Shown here: in pieces, positions 1 to 9,478 of the stretch
How the letters are laid out: the number at the start of each line of letters is the position of its first letter
Position numbering within the stretch: position 1 is the stretch's first letter
Assembly (NCBI GenBank): GCA_002215675.1
Contig: NGFH01000003.1
Location: forward strand, 80,957 to 144,956
Reading direction: 5' to 3'
DNA from: Bacteroidetes bacterium 2013_40CM_41_45
GTDB lineage: Bacteria > Bacteroidota > Bacteroidia > AKYH767-A > 2013-40CM-41-45
DNA: 64,000 bases
The notes under the pieces: model-generated
Database searches by the model: none
Seen by the model: the letters and a program-made list of their open reading frames with translations, nothing else
What the model was told of the DNA's origin: nothing
Translations under genes and position numbers: made by a program

Positions 1-963
1 TCCCCAAGAAAGATTATTTGATTCACAATTTGTTTTATAGTTTTCTAAATTAGAATAAGAACTCCATAGCTTAAATTGAGAAGCTGTAAGTATGCAATCT
101 ATATCGTTCACATTATGTAAATTACCCCATACATCAATTATATTTTCCACATTATATTCTTTTGCAAATCCATGAATATCAAAAGATACACATTGACCCT
201 TTAAAAATGAACCTCGAATACAAAAAGAATTTGGAATATAATCTAATTCCATTTCACTTGACCATATCTTGGAAAATTCTAATGATATAATTCCCTGCCC
301 ATCAAATATATTTTGAACAATCGGAATATTCCTTTTTTCAACATGGTCTATTTTGTTTTCATCTTCATAAACAAAATCAACATTTCTATTTTTTGTTATT
401 TCATAATCTGGAACTACAACAAATCTAGGTGCTGTAACTTTATGTGTTGCACTGGCATATAAAGCAAAATATGAATTAAACTTATTAATATTTAATTCAA
501 TATCTTTATTTCTTCCATTGTCAAATATGTTTATTAATTTTTTACAAATAGACTCTTCTGCGAAAATAGATGTGTTACGCCTCGCATGTCCAGCCCCCGT
601 AAGTAGACGAATATACTTCTTATTATTTATAAATAATCCTTGTTTAATTATTTGTTTGTAATGTGCCACATTATTAAAATGAATAGATATAATATCAGGA
701 ACAAATAATATATCTTCTAATTCTTTATTTATTTCAAAGATTCTATTTCTATTTATTTTAGAATCTTTTTCTTTTTTTAATGTTCTTTTTTCTTGCAACA
801 ATTCATCAATATGATATTGTGAAAATTCTATATCGTTTATTCTTCGATAAGTTCTCAATAGTTCTGAATCAGCCAGTGAAATAATTTCATTATTTTTCAA
901 CGCTTCTTCATATGAAATTTGTATTGTATAGTTTGAATTTTTCAAACGCTCTGATGTAAATTT
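1..963 (-). CDS. hypothetical protein, partial (N-terminus at 963, C-terminus beyond window start)
   Basis: Manual reverse translation from ATG (complement of 961-963) is open for >320 codons to the window edge (MKFTSERLKNSNYTIQ...). It is not in the ORF track because it has no stop. It fills an otherwise empty 1 kb on the operon strand. Confidence 0.5.
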
Positions 964-998
964 CATGATGGAAAACTGTTGAAGTTTTTTCATTATCT

Positions 999-1187
999 TT
1001 ATTCATCAACTTCTTCGTCAACAAATTTTCTCTTGTCTTTCATTTTATTATAACTCATTTCATTCCAAATCACATTTCCATTTTTATCTTCTTTGTAATT
1101 TAAATTATTCCAATCTTCATAGCCAATTAAATCTTCATCTTCTTCATCAAAATCATCATCTATTTCATCAACATAATATTCATTCAT
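999..1187 (-). CDS. small highly acidic protein (D/E-rich)
   Basis: 62-aa ORF on the operon strand. Sequence is MNEYYVDEIDDDFDEEDEDLIGYEDW... Confidence 0.45.
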   Translation of the reverse strand: MNEYYVDEIDDDFDEEDEDLIGYEDWNNLNYKEDKNGNVIWNEMSYNKMKDKRKFVDEEVDE

Positions 1188-1198
1188 ATTAAAACCTC

Positions 1199-1624
1199 CT
1201 ACCTTGCAAAGTCATAAATAAAGGGACAGTTATCAGATTTTCTTACTCCCCAATTAACAGGAGTAGGAATCCATAAATCATTCAAATTATATTTTAGCAT
1301 CATTTCAATTATTATCTCTCGTTCTCTATCGGTTCTTCTTCCACGTTTAAGTTCTTCCTTGATAACAGCAACCCACCCATTTTTACTACTATCATAATTA
1401 ACAATAACACCAAAATATTTTTTATCTTTTTTATTTATTTTTTTATATAATCGAATTTCTTGTCGTGATTGATTGCCTTCATCATTCAATTTTACAATTA
1501 TCTTTCCGTCTGTATAACAATGTCTTCCTGATTGAATGCCTCCCGTATGAGACATGTGTTTTGCTTTTTTGCCATTTATAAATACATTATTAAAATCATC
1601 AACAATAATCTTTGGTTTTTTCAT
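1199..1624 (-). CDS. hypothetical protein; paralog of 2703..3137, with mini-kinase-like motifs (Gly-rich loop, QEI, DFA)
   Basis: 141-aa ORF that overlaps the next gene by 4 nt. Motifs are HTGGIQSG ... QEIRLY ... CPFIYDFA. Confidence 0.45.
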   Translation of the reverse strand: MKKPKIIVDDFNNVFINGKKAKHMSHTGGIQSGRHCYTDGKIIVKLNDEGNQSRQEIRLYKKINKKDKKYFGVIVNYDSSKNGWVAVIKEELKRGRRTDREREIIIEMMLKYNLNDLWIPTPVNWGVRKSDNCPFIYDFAR

Positions 1625-2097
1625 AATTTATCCATATTGTTTTTTATAATCTTATCAACCATTCCCATTTTTATAATGTGAACAAACAAAGGAACACTTC
1701 CTCTTTTTGCTATATCAATCATATCTTTAGTTCCTTTTGAATTGTTTTGCCAAAAAGCAATTAAAATTGGATTATCAAATCTTGCATAGTCGAACATTTT
1801 CATATTCCTATTTCTTCCGGCAAGAGCATTATAATCTCCAAAAAAATCATTATGCTTTACAAATACGGGAGGTTCAAAATTATGCCAATCAGCTTCAAAT
1901 ATTTTTTTCTTCAACTGGTATTCATCGGCGAACTTATTCCCCAATTTATCTGTTCCATATGCACCACCGTGAATTATTTCAAAATCATTTGGATTGATTT
2001 CTTTTTTATATTGTATCTCTGAAAATATATTCAATACATTTGTTTTGAAAATATGATAATTTTCAAACTCCCTAGAACCAGATATAATAATTCTCAT
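1621..2097 (-). CDS. SLOG/DUF2493-like Rossmann-fold protein (DprA/Smf-related)
   Basis: Motifs IISGSR and IIHGGAYGTDKLGNKFADE, in a 158-aa protein. Confidence 0.45.
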   Translation of the reverse strand: MRIIISGSREFENYHIFKTNVLNIFSEIQYKKEINPNDFEIIHGGAYGTDKLGNKFADEYQLKKKIFEADWHNFEPPVFVKHNDFFGDYNALAGRNRNMKMFDYARFDNPILIAFWQNNSKGTKDMIDIAKRGSVPLFVHIIKMGMVDKIIKNNMDKL

Positions 2098-2100
2098 ATT

Positions 2101-2694
2101 TTAATCCCATAAATCTAAATAATATTCTGAAAATTTTTGTAAACCTTTTTGTAATCTTTTATCAAGTTGTCTATGTTCTTCAATAGTCTTCCAACCATGT
2201 AATTCATCCATTTGTTTACGTGCTTTAAATCCATCAATCATTATGTCTAATTCTTGATTCCATAATTTGATTGCATCTTTTTCAATCTTCTTATCTTCAT
2301 CATTATATGGAGAATTAAGCATATAATCTTTTGGAAAACAAAGTTGTGGAATTCCATGACCTGATTTTTTATATTCCGGTAAAACTTCCAACATAATATT
2401 TGCTAACCAATAATCAATTCCCCATATAACTCTATCATCCCATCCTCTAAAAACTCTCTGCCAAGCAAACTTGACTTCATAATAAGAATCTGATATAATT
2501 CGTGATATAATCAATTGAGGTGCAGAATAGATAACATGATGAGCGCATGGAAAAGGCCACCACCAATCTCTTGTAATTTCATCAAACCAATAATGAACAG
2601 GATGGTCTTTTTTCCATTCTGCTTCCATATCATCAAACATTGTTCCTATAGAATTATAGTTTTTACTTATTTTAGATGTATCAAATTCTTCCAT
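2101..2694 (-). CDS. hypothetical protein (Trp-rich)
   Basis: 197-aa ORF on the operon strand in tight spacing. Confidence 0.5.
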   Translation of the reverse strand: MEEFDTSKISKNYNSIGTMFDDMEAEWKKDHPVHYWFDEITRDWWWPFPCAHHVIYSAPQLIISRIISDSYYEVKFAWQRVFRGWDDRVIWGIDYWLANIMLEVLPEYKKSGHGIPQLCFPKDYMLNSPYNDEDKKIEKDAIKLWNQELDIMIDGFKARKQMDELHGWKTIEEHRQLDKRLQKGLQKFSEYYLDLWD

Positions 2695-2702
2695 TTATTC
2701 TC

Positions 2703-3137
2703 CTAGACACCGTAATCCCAAATTTTTATATTATTGTTTATATCCAAACCAAAATTATCATCATTATAAGCACAATCACATAGAGAATACTTTCTTTCAA
2801 TATTTCTTACTTGTTTATAATCTTTGTGATATAAAACATCTTTTTTACTTATATGTCTTGTAGCAATCATGCGTTGTGAAACCCAATATATTTTTTTATT
2901 ATCTTCTAATATATAACCATAATCCAGAGGTTCAACAAAATATTTTTTTTCTTCATCTTTCATCATATTCCACAATTGTATTTCTTGATAAGATTGACCA
3001 CATTCATCCCAATCCATTTTTATGATAATATCACCATATCTATATAAATCCCTGCTATATCCACAAGCAGGATAAAAACTATTTACCTTATCGTTATTTA
3101 TGTAAATATACGCCCTACTGACTACACGAATTCTCAT
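2703..3137 (-). CDS. hypothetical protein; paralog of 1199..1624 (QEIQLW, NFG...IKIWDYG)
   Basis: 144 aa. Shares ordered motifs with 1199..1624. Confidence 0.45.
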   Translation of the reverse strand: MRIRVVSRAYIYINNDKVNSFYPACGYSRDLYRYGDIIIKMDWDECGQSYQEIQLWNMMKDEEKKYFVEPLDYGYILEDNKKIYWVSQRMIATRHISKKDVLYHKDYKQVRNIERKYSLCDCAYNDDNFGLDINNNIKIWDYGV

Positions 3138-3204
3138 AGATAAATCCTCATATTTTTATTCAAATATTCTACCATAAAACCTTAAAAATGTCAAGGGCTA
3201 CATA

Positions 3205-3233
3205 TTGACAGAATATAGGAAATGTGGTAGAAT
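3205..3233 (+). promoter_or_regulatory. sigma70-type promoter TTGACA-N17-TGgTAGAAT driving the 3369-5631 cassette
   Basis: TTGACA at 3205-3210 and TAGAAT at 3228-3233, with TG at 3225-3226. Confidence 0.5.
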
Positions 3234-3246
3234 AAATTTGTTTAAA

Positions 3247-3276
3247 ATTATAGAGATAGGTTCAATTTGGTTGCAA
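3247..3276 (-). promoter_or_regulatory. candidate leftward promoter (TTGCAA-N18-TATAAT on the minus strand) for the 3137..999 genes
   Basis: Reverse complement of 3247-3252 is TATAAT. TTGCAA sits at 3271-3276. Confidence 0.3.
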
Positions 3277-3368
3277 CTAAATTGTTTCTGATAAATGTCC
3301 CTTTCCATTTCTCTATAATCTTAAACATTATCATATAAATAAAAAAAGGGATTAATGAGAGGAGTGAA

Positions 3369-4298
3369 ATGACAAAAAAATTAACAATAGAATACTGTAA
3401 GAAAAAATCTAAAGAAAAAGAATATATATTGTTAGAAAATATTTATTTGAATGCTCATACGAAAATGAATTTTCAACATGTAAAATGTAAGTATATATTT
3501 TCGATGAAATGGAATAATTTTAATTCTGGAGATAGATGTCCGAATTGTCAACGCAAATCAGTTGGATTTAAAAAAAGATTAAAAATAGAAGATTGTAAAA
3601 AAATAGCTTTCAATAGAGGATTTAAATTATTGAACAATATTTATATCAACAATAAAACAAAAATGGAGTTCGTTCACATTGATTGTGGATTTAAATTTTT
3701 AAAAGGGTGGAGTAATTTTCAATCAGAAAAAGGTTGTCCAAAATGTTCTGGTAAAATTAAATTGAGCATTGAATTTTGTCAAAAAGAATCTTTCAATCGG
3801 GGTTATCAATTGCTTTCTAAAAAATATAAAAATAATAAAACAAAAATGAATTTTAAACATATTGAATGTCAATCTAATTTTTTGATGAATTGGACTAATT
3901 TCTATAATGGTAAAAGAGGTTGTCCAACATGTGATTCCAGTCTCGGAGAGTTAGAGATAAAAAAATATTTAAAAATATGGAAAATAAAAAATTATCATGA
4001 ATATTATGGATTTAAAGAATGTCGAGATAAAAAAGTTTTACCATTTGATTTCTATATAAAAAAATATAACATCTGTATTGAATATCAAGGAAAACAACAT
4101 TTTGAACCTATACAATACACATATTCAATAACTATAGAACAAGCTAAGAAAAATTTAAGAATACAAAAAAATCATGATAAAATAAAAAGAAAATTCTGTA
4201 AGAATAATAATATCATATTGCTTGAAATAAGATATAAAGATTTCAATAATATAGAAAATATTTTATATAATAAAATAGAGGAAATTAAAAATGGATAA
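3369..4298 (+). CDS. Zn-ribbon-repeat (DUF4379-like) protein with C-terminal nuclease-like module; putative homing-type endonuclease
   Basis: Three ~45-aa repeats, each ending in CPxC (CPNCQ, CPKCSG, CPTCDS). The C-terminal block FDFYIKKYNICIEYQGKQHFEP is shared with 22233 and 48931. Confidence 0.6.
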   Translation: MTKKLTIEYCKKKSKEKEYILLENIYLNAHTKMNFQHVKCKYIFSMKWNNFNSGDRCPNCQRKSVGFKKRLKIEDCKKIAFNRGFKLLNNIYINNKTKMEFVHIDCGFKFLKGWSNFQSEKGCPKCSGKIKLSIEFCQKESFNRGYQLLSKKYKNNKTKMNFKHIECQSNFLMNWTNFYNGKRGCPTCDSSLGELEIKKYLKIWKIKNYHEYYGFKECRDKKVLPFDFYIKKYNICIEYQGKQHFEPIQYTYSITIEQAKKNLRIQKNHDKIKRKFCKNNNIILLEIRYKDFNNIENILYNKIEEIKNG

Positions 4299-5631
4299 CA
4301 TCCCCCACATTGTTGTTATAGATAGTCCTACAGGTTCAGGAAAAACATCTTGGGCTATAGATATGATTAGCAAATTACCAGACGATAAAAATGTATTATA
4401 TATAACACCATATATATTAGAAGTAGATAGAATTATAGCTTCTTGTCCAAACAAACATTTAGTACAACCCAAAAAATGGTCTGGTGATGGAAGTAAAATG
4501 AATCATTTGGTTGAATTAGTATCACAAAAAAGAAATATTGTTTCTACTCATGCACTTTTGCAAAACATATCAGACGAACTAATAAATTTATTGCGTAACA
4601 ATGATTATATATTGGTTTTAGATGAAAGTTTTCAAGTAGTACAACAATATGACCTTTTTCCTGAACTAAAGAAGATGTCAAAGGAAGAAAGAGAAAATAT
4701 AACTAAATCAGATGTTCAATGGTTATTCGATGAAAAGTATATAGAAGTTACAGATAACTTTGCAATTAGATGGATAGACCAAAATAAAATGATTGGTAGT
4801 AAATATGATAAATTAAAATCTCTTATTGATAGGGATATGATTTATCTTGTAAATAATTCATTATTTTTATGGACATTTCCCTATGAGGTATTTGGAGAAG
4901 GAATATTCAAACAATGTTACATTATGACTTATTTATTTGAGAGTCAATTCCAACATTACTATTACCAATATTTTAATATCAAATATAAAAAATATCACAT
5001 TGAATCTAAAGCTAATAAATATAAAATGGTTGAAACAATAAATAATCAATATGATATTGATTTCAGAGAAAGAGCTAGTAAACTAATAACAATAATAGAT
5101 AATGACAAAATAAATAGAATAGGTTCTTTTTATCGTGATATTCATGGAAAAGTAAAGACAACTGATTTATCCATGAACTGGTATAAAAACAATGAACATT
5201 TACATAAACAATTAAGTTTAAATGTTTATAATTATTTTAAGAATATATCTAAATCAAAAGCTAATAAAAGATTATGGACTGTATTCAAAGATTTTAAGAA
5301 ATTAATAAAAAATCCTCTTACTACATCTCACGGTTTTTTGGAAATTACAGCTAGAGCTACTAATAATTACAACGATAGAAATGTACTCGCCTATCTTATT
5401 AACAGGTATCCCAATTCTTTTTATATTGCATTCTTTAGTAAAAGAGGAATAATAATAGACAGCGATTTATATGCCCTATCTGATTTGATTCAATGGGTAT
5501 GGAGAAGCGCAATCAGAAACGATAATCCAATTACCCTCTATATTCCTTCTGAGCGAATGAGAAATTTATTCTTGAACTTCCTTCAAAATAAAAAAATAAT
5601 AAATTATGAAGATTTTGATTATGAGGATTAG
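4291..5631 (+). CDS. P-loop NTPase, SF2 helicase-like (motif I SPTGSGKT, motif II VLDESF)
   Basis: 446 aa. Overlaps 3369..4298 by 8 nt. Walker A is DSPTGSGKTS and Walker B is ILVLDESF. Confidence 0.55.
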   Translation: MDNIPHIVVIDSPTGSGKTSWAIDMISKLPDDKNVLYITPYILEVDRIIASCPNKHLVQPKKWSGDGSKMNHLVELVSQKRNIVSTHALLQNISDELINLLRNNDYILVLDESFQVVQQYDLFPELKKMSKEERENITKSDVQWLFDEKYIEVTDNFAIRWIDQNKMIGSKYDKLKSLIDRDMIYLVNNSLFLWTFPYEVFGEGIFKQCYIMTYLFESQFQHYYYQYFNIKYKKYHIESKANKYKMVETINNQYDIDFRERASKLITIIDNDKINRIGSFYRDIHGKVKTTDLSMNWYKNNEHLHKQLSLNVYNYFKNISKSKANKRLWTVFKDFKKLIKNPLTTSHGFLEITARATNNYNDRNVLAYLINRYPNSFYIAFFSKRGIIIDSDLYALSDLIQWVWRSAIRNDNPITLYIPSERMRNLFLNFLQNKKIINYEDFDYED

Positions 5632-5812
5632 GGGATAAATCTATGCCTACACGCATTCGTATATCTTTAGACTTTTATAAACAACGAATTACCCGTGAAT
5701 CTGGTTTTAGCCAGTTTTAAAAAGTGATTTTGGCTAAAATAAAAAAAAAGACATATAGCACATAGTCATAAGTACCCCTTTCCCTTTTAAAAAAGATTTA
5801 TATATGTCTAAA

Positions 5813-5846
5813 ACCAAACCACCCGTAAAAAGGTGGTTTTTTTGTT
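5813..5846 (+). terminator. rho-independent terminator
   Basis: Stem AAACCACC / GGTGGTTT followed by TTTTTTTGTTT. Confidence 0.7.
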
Positions 5847-5859
5847 TAAGCTTATATTG

Positions 5860-5960
5860 ATATTTATTATTATTGTATATAGTTATTACTATTATTTATG
5901 TTGATTATTTTTAATTTTTATTTATTTTTATTATTATTGTATATAATGTTTTGTTGATTA
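5860..5960. repeat. ~100 bp almost pure A/T tract (candidate DNA unwinding element)
   Basis: No C and almost no G across tatattgatatttattattattgtatatagttattactattatttatg... Confidence 0.4.
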
Positions 5961-6540
5961 AATTGTGTGTTTAAAGGTGCTGATGACCGATTTTCAAATA
6001 CCAGTATGCTTAATTATGTAAAATACCCCTATACCTTATGATTATTACATATAATCATAAGCAATAACATACAATGAGCATGACCATATACCAGTATGAT
6101 TTTATAAATATTTGTATGATGATTCTTTGTCTCCCTACTATTGCAAGATTATTATTTTACAAAAAGATATGTACATAACACAATAACAATACATCATCAT
6201 CACATCATAATCAATATAACAATAACATAAATAAATATAATCAATACATCATAATAACAATATGATACCATAGCTCTATCACCTGCTATCATATACCACT
6301 ATGATTCAATAGGATATATAAACAGGTATACAATAACAATATCACACAATAAAATAATAAAAAAATATAACATATATACATCATAATCACATCATGATAT
6401 TATACCTATTCACCTATACATCATGCATTCATTCATCATATAACCATCTAATCATACACGATAGGATACCAGTACATCATACACGCTTCATCATACACTA
6501 GTCATATACCATATGAATATATAAATAATAAATATGTTAA

Positions 6541-6590
6541 ATAAAATAACACTCTCTTATAATCTGAGAGTGTTATTATTGTTATGTTAT
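6541..6590. terminator. bidirectional terminator hairpin (12-bp perfect inverted repeat AATAACACTCTC/GAGAGTGTTATT) flanked by T-rich runs on both strands
   Basis: Seen directly. It lies immediately downstream of the minus-strand gene 6606..7001. Confidence 0.6.
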
Positions 6591-6605
6591 TATATTTATT
6601 TATTC

Positions 6606-7001
6606 TTATTCGTAATCACTAGGATTAAACTTCTCCATACATGCATTGAATCCGTCTGAGTCATTTTCGCTATAACTCCAGTCTGAGATAATATCTTCTG
6701 CATCACCATTGCCTAGAGTGATTAAGATATTATGAAAATGTTTTTCACCATTCTTAATATAAATTCTTGACTCATCCAAATTGAATATAACTTCCATTGT
6801 AGATTTTATATTATTATCTTTTACTGTGTGACTCTCTTCACCGTCATATACCGAGTCAATTGTAAAGCCTGAGGTCACAATATGGTTAAGAAGATTCCCT
6901 ATAACTCTTCGCTCTACTTTGTTTTCTAATTTTAATTCGTGACCATATAACTTCTTCATTTCCTTATCAATATCGAGGGAGGGAGTTTTAAATTTTGTCA
7001 T
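6606..7001 (-). CDS. hypothetical protein
   Basis: 131-aa ORF at the start of the leftward block. Confidence 0.5.
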   Translation of the reverse strand: MTKFKTPSLDIDKEMKKLYGHELKLENKVERRVIGNLLNHIVTSGFTIDSVYDGEESHTVKDNNIKSTMEVIFNLDESRIYIKNGEKHFHNILITLGNGDAEDIISDWSYSENDSDGFNACMEKFNPSDYE

Positions 7002-7033
7002 GTTATATTTTTCCTTTTTTGTTTTGAATATGA

Positions 7034-8206
7034 TTATATCTTTTCAATTTTACCGCGTATTATAACGGTTTGTTTTTTACCATTAAAAGAATCTAATTTC
7101 TTTATTGTGGCAATAATAATATTAACGTTATCGCCTGCCTCAATATCGAATGATTTACTGGCAAAGTAAGTTATGATACTACCATCTGAATCGAATGTAT
7201 ATAAATGAGTTACTCCATTGTAATTATTTTCGATTTGATTATATCGGATGACCTTAGCATTAATATTATTTAATTTTGTGCCTACCTCTCCAAGATGATT
7301 TGATTCAGGTTGATTCTTTATTGTTAATTCTTTTTCCACCATACGATGATACATGGGAATAATTGAAACGATATAGCCTGAGTGCTTCTCACTCATATAA
7401 CCATATTCAATTAATTTCAATAGAGTTATATCGTATTCAGTTATACCGAACATATTATTATTTTTTGCATTAACCATCTTTTCATTTAATTTGTTTTGTA
7501 CATAGGATAAAATCTTTTTTGCCTCTTCAATTTCAAAGTCTGTTAATTTTTCTTTTGGTACAAAGTAACGATTTAATGAATCGTATTTTGTGGGATTATC
7601 TGAATCGCTTTTCTTATAACCTTGCTTGTTTATAGATTGAATCGCATAGGGTAAAAAGGATTCAATCTTCAAAAGAGTTTTACCAGTGTTAAATTTTTCG
7701 CTTGCATTCTCTTCATCTGAATATGATTTGATTAACTCGAATGAACCGCCATAAAATTTAGCTATATCTTCCGCGTTGGGAAGGTTTATATAATTAGCTA
7801 AACAATTACCACCCACTATTTTAACTTCACCTGATTCAGATTGAATCAAGTAGTAAAAATTTCGTGACCTATTTATTTTGCAATGCTCACAAATTAATTC
7901 GCATTCACGATAATTCGTAAAATCAAAAGTGGTATTGTGAGAATGAATCAAATTATCATTGCCCATTCTTTCAAGCTTTGCTAAAAATGTATAGCCTGCT
8001 ATAGTGGGAGATTCACCATATACAGAATAAATATAATCTGTACGATATGAATCCCATGCAGTAAGAGGGTCAATAACTTTTACAGTCTCTTTTGATTCAA
8101 GAGTAAAGCCAAAAGGTATATTCAATTTTTTAGCCTTATTAGTAAAGCGATTCATTTTTGATTCAAAGTCGCTTACGTTCCATGAAGGAATTCTATAGGT
8201 TGTCAT
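7034..8206 (-). CDS. hypothetical protein (390 aa) with Cys/His cluster ICEHCKINRSRNFYY
   Basis: Longest ORF of the leftward block. It is adjacent to the origin-like region. Confidence 0.55.
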   Translation of the reverse strand: MTTYRIPSWNVSDFESKMNRFTNKAKKLNIPFGFTLESKETVKVIDPLTAWDSYRTDYIYSVYGESPTIAGYTFLAKLERMGNDNLIHSHNTTFDFTNYRECELICEHCKINRSRNFYYLIQSESGEVKIVGGNCLANYINLPNAEDIAKFYGGSFELIKSYSDEENASEKFNTGKTLLKIESFLPYAIQSINKQGYKKSDSDNPTKYDSLNRYFVPKEKLTDFEIEEAKKILSYVQNKLNEKMVNAKNNNMFGITEYDITLLKLIEYGYMSEKHSGYIVSIIPMYHRMVEKELTIKNQPESNHLGEVGTKLNNINAKVIRYNQIENNYNGVTHLYTFDSDGSIITYFASKSFDIEAGDNVNIIIATIKKLDSFNGKKQTVIIRGKIEKI

Positions 8207-8220
8207 GTTATTTTACCTTT

Positions 8221-8445
8221 TTATATATTGTATGTTTCAAGATGTTTAACTATTTGTTTTGCCATGCGATAGGCTGAGTCTCCGCTTATACGAGTAAAGT
8301 ATAAAAAAGCGGTTGTTTGCACTAGAATATAAATGGATTTTTCATCACGTGCAAGTCTTACATTTTGCATGATACCATCTATATTAACTTGTTTTGTTTC
8401 AACAAGCTTATTGATAACAACGGTTTTTAATTCAGATTGTTTCAT
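8221..8445 (-). CDS. hypothetical protein
   Basis: 74-aa ORF in a packed operon. Confidence 0.45.
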   Translation of the reverse strand: MKQSELKTVVINKLVETKQVNIDGIMQNVRLARDEKSIYILVQTTAFLYFTRISGDSAYRMAKQIVKHLETYNI

Positions 8446-8627
8446 TATTTAATCTCCAATGATTTTACAATTTGTTTAGCGATATTATATTCAGAATGCA
8501 GATTCAAATTTTCGCGGTGTTGGATATTCTTGACCTCGTAATAAACGTTTACGAGGTTAACCGCTTGTTTACTTTTGTTAAGGTTATTTAAAACTTTTTC
8601 TGTGAGGGTCAATTGTTTTGTGTTCAT
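8445..8627 (-). CDS. hypothetical protein
   Basis: 60-aa ORF with stop/start overlap with its neighbours. Confidence 0.4.
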   Translation of the reverse strand: MNTKQLTLTEKVLNNLNKSKQAVNLVNVYYEVKNIQHRENLNLHSEYNIAKQIVKSLEIK

Positions 8628-8863
8628 TATTTGGATTCCTTTTTGATTGCCTGAGTGATAGTAAAACGGATTAAGAATGGAGCTATAACTTCATCATCAA
8701 GCTTGAATAAAACATAAGCACTGACAAGGGAGCAAGCGGTGTATACATCGAAAGATATGCTCATAACAAAAACCATCTGATAGCACAGATATAAACCCAT
8801 AGCAATAACCAAGAGAGCTATATCTTTCTCATCTTTCTGTAGGGCAGTAAAAAATTTGTTCAT
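8627..8863 (-). CDS. small membrane protein (2 predicted TM helices)
   Basis: Hydrophobic segments LLVIAMGLYLCYQMVFVM and VYTACSLVSAYVLF. Confidence 0.4.
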   Translation of the reverse strand: MNKFFTALQKDEKDIALLVIAMGLYLCYQMVFVMSISFDVYTACSLVSAYVLFKLDDEVIAPFLIRFTITQAIKKESK

Positions 8864-9050
8864 GTATATTCCTTTTGTCGGTTAGGTTAAACTTACTGCG
8901 TAAGTTTAACCGTTTACATGTCAATTGTCAATAGAAAATTTGTTCTAATTTTGCACCAGTTTGATACTGGCTGACGAGCGTTGACCATCTTTAAATAAAA
9001 AATCCGCCTGTGATACAAGCGAATTTTTTTTATTATGATTTAATTTATTT

Positions 9051-9296
9051 TTAGTTGTCTTTAAAAATAATCCCGTCCTCTTTTGCAGATAATAATTTTC
9101 TGTAATCGCCCATATATCTATTATTTATTTCCAACCGATAAGGAAAATTTTTATCGCTCCCGTGTCGATTATCTTTTGTTATGGTTATAGTCTCAAAACT
9201 CCAAATAGTTTGCACACCATTAAAAATAATGTTCTTAATCCATTTTATTTTATTCATTTTAATTTTATCCTTTTTTATTTTTCTGTAAACGTCCAT
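9051..9296 (-). CDS. hypothetical protein
   Basis: 81 aa. Shares the conserved upstream region AAAAGGATAAAATAAAAAAATG with the next three genes. Confidence 0.4.
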   Translation of the reverse strand: MDVYRKIKKDKIKMNKIKWIKNIIFNGVQTIWSFETITITKDNRHGSDKNFPYRLEINNRYMGDYRKLLSAKEDGIIFKDN

Positions 9297-9457
9297 TGAA
9301 AAGATTTTTTGATTAAAATTTGTGCAATCGGATGAAGACTAGAATATTTTTTTAAAACTTTTGCAAGATTAATCAAACCTCCATTCTCACAATGGTTTAT
9401 AACCGCTATTGAATAGCGTACATCCCGACATTGCTTACAATAACAAGTATTATCCAT
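9275..9457 (-). CDS. hypothetical protein (Cys-rich, CYCKQC)
   Basis: 60 aa on the operon strand. Confidence 0.4.
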   Translation of the reverse strand: MDNTCYCKQCRDVRYSIAVINHCENGGLINLAKVLKKYSSLHPIAQILIKKSFQWTFTEK

Positions 9458-9478
9458 TTTTTTTATTATCCTTTTTTG

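Noticed and set aside
1737-1997. Plus-strand ORFs 1737..1997, 2515..2706, 11480..11683 and minus-strand ORFs 4263..4472, 13975..14265, 14162..14440, 14895..15089, 15511..15714, 19740..20045, 20720..20914, 24107..24319, 27984..28166, 28449..28703, 28946..29149, 30351..30656, 31172..31390, 31431..31736, 31895..32170, 32943..33206, 33175..33363, 33510..33740, 36692..36934, 37176..37358, 37330..37533, 39356..39550, 40405..40599, 42959..43168, 43742..43930, 44401..44724, 45273..45455, 48309..48503, 50610..50837, 51814..52026, 53111..53386, 56954..57184, 57981..58166, 58730..59035, 59952..60197, 63012..63197
   Set aside because: They are antisense to, or nested within, better-supported genes on the operon strand. 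They lack an RBS or promoter context and have the low-complexity composition expected from AT-rich random frames.
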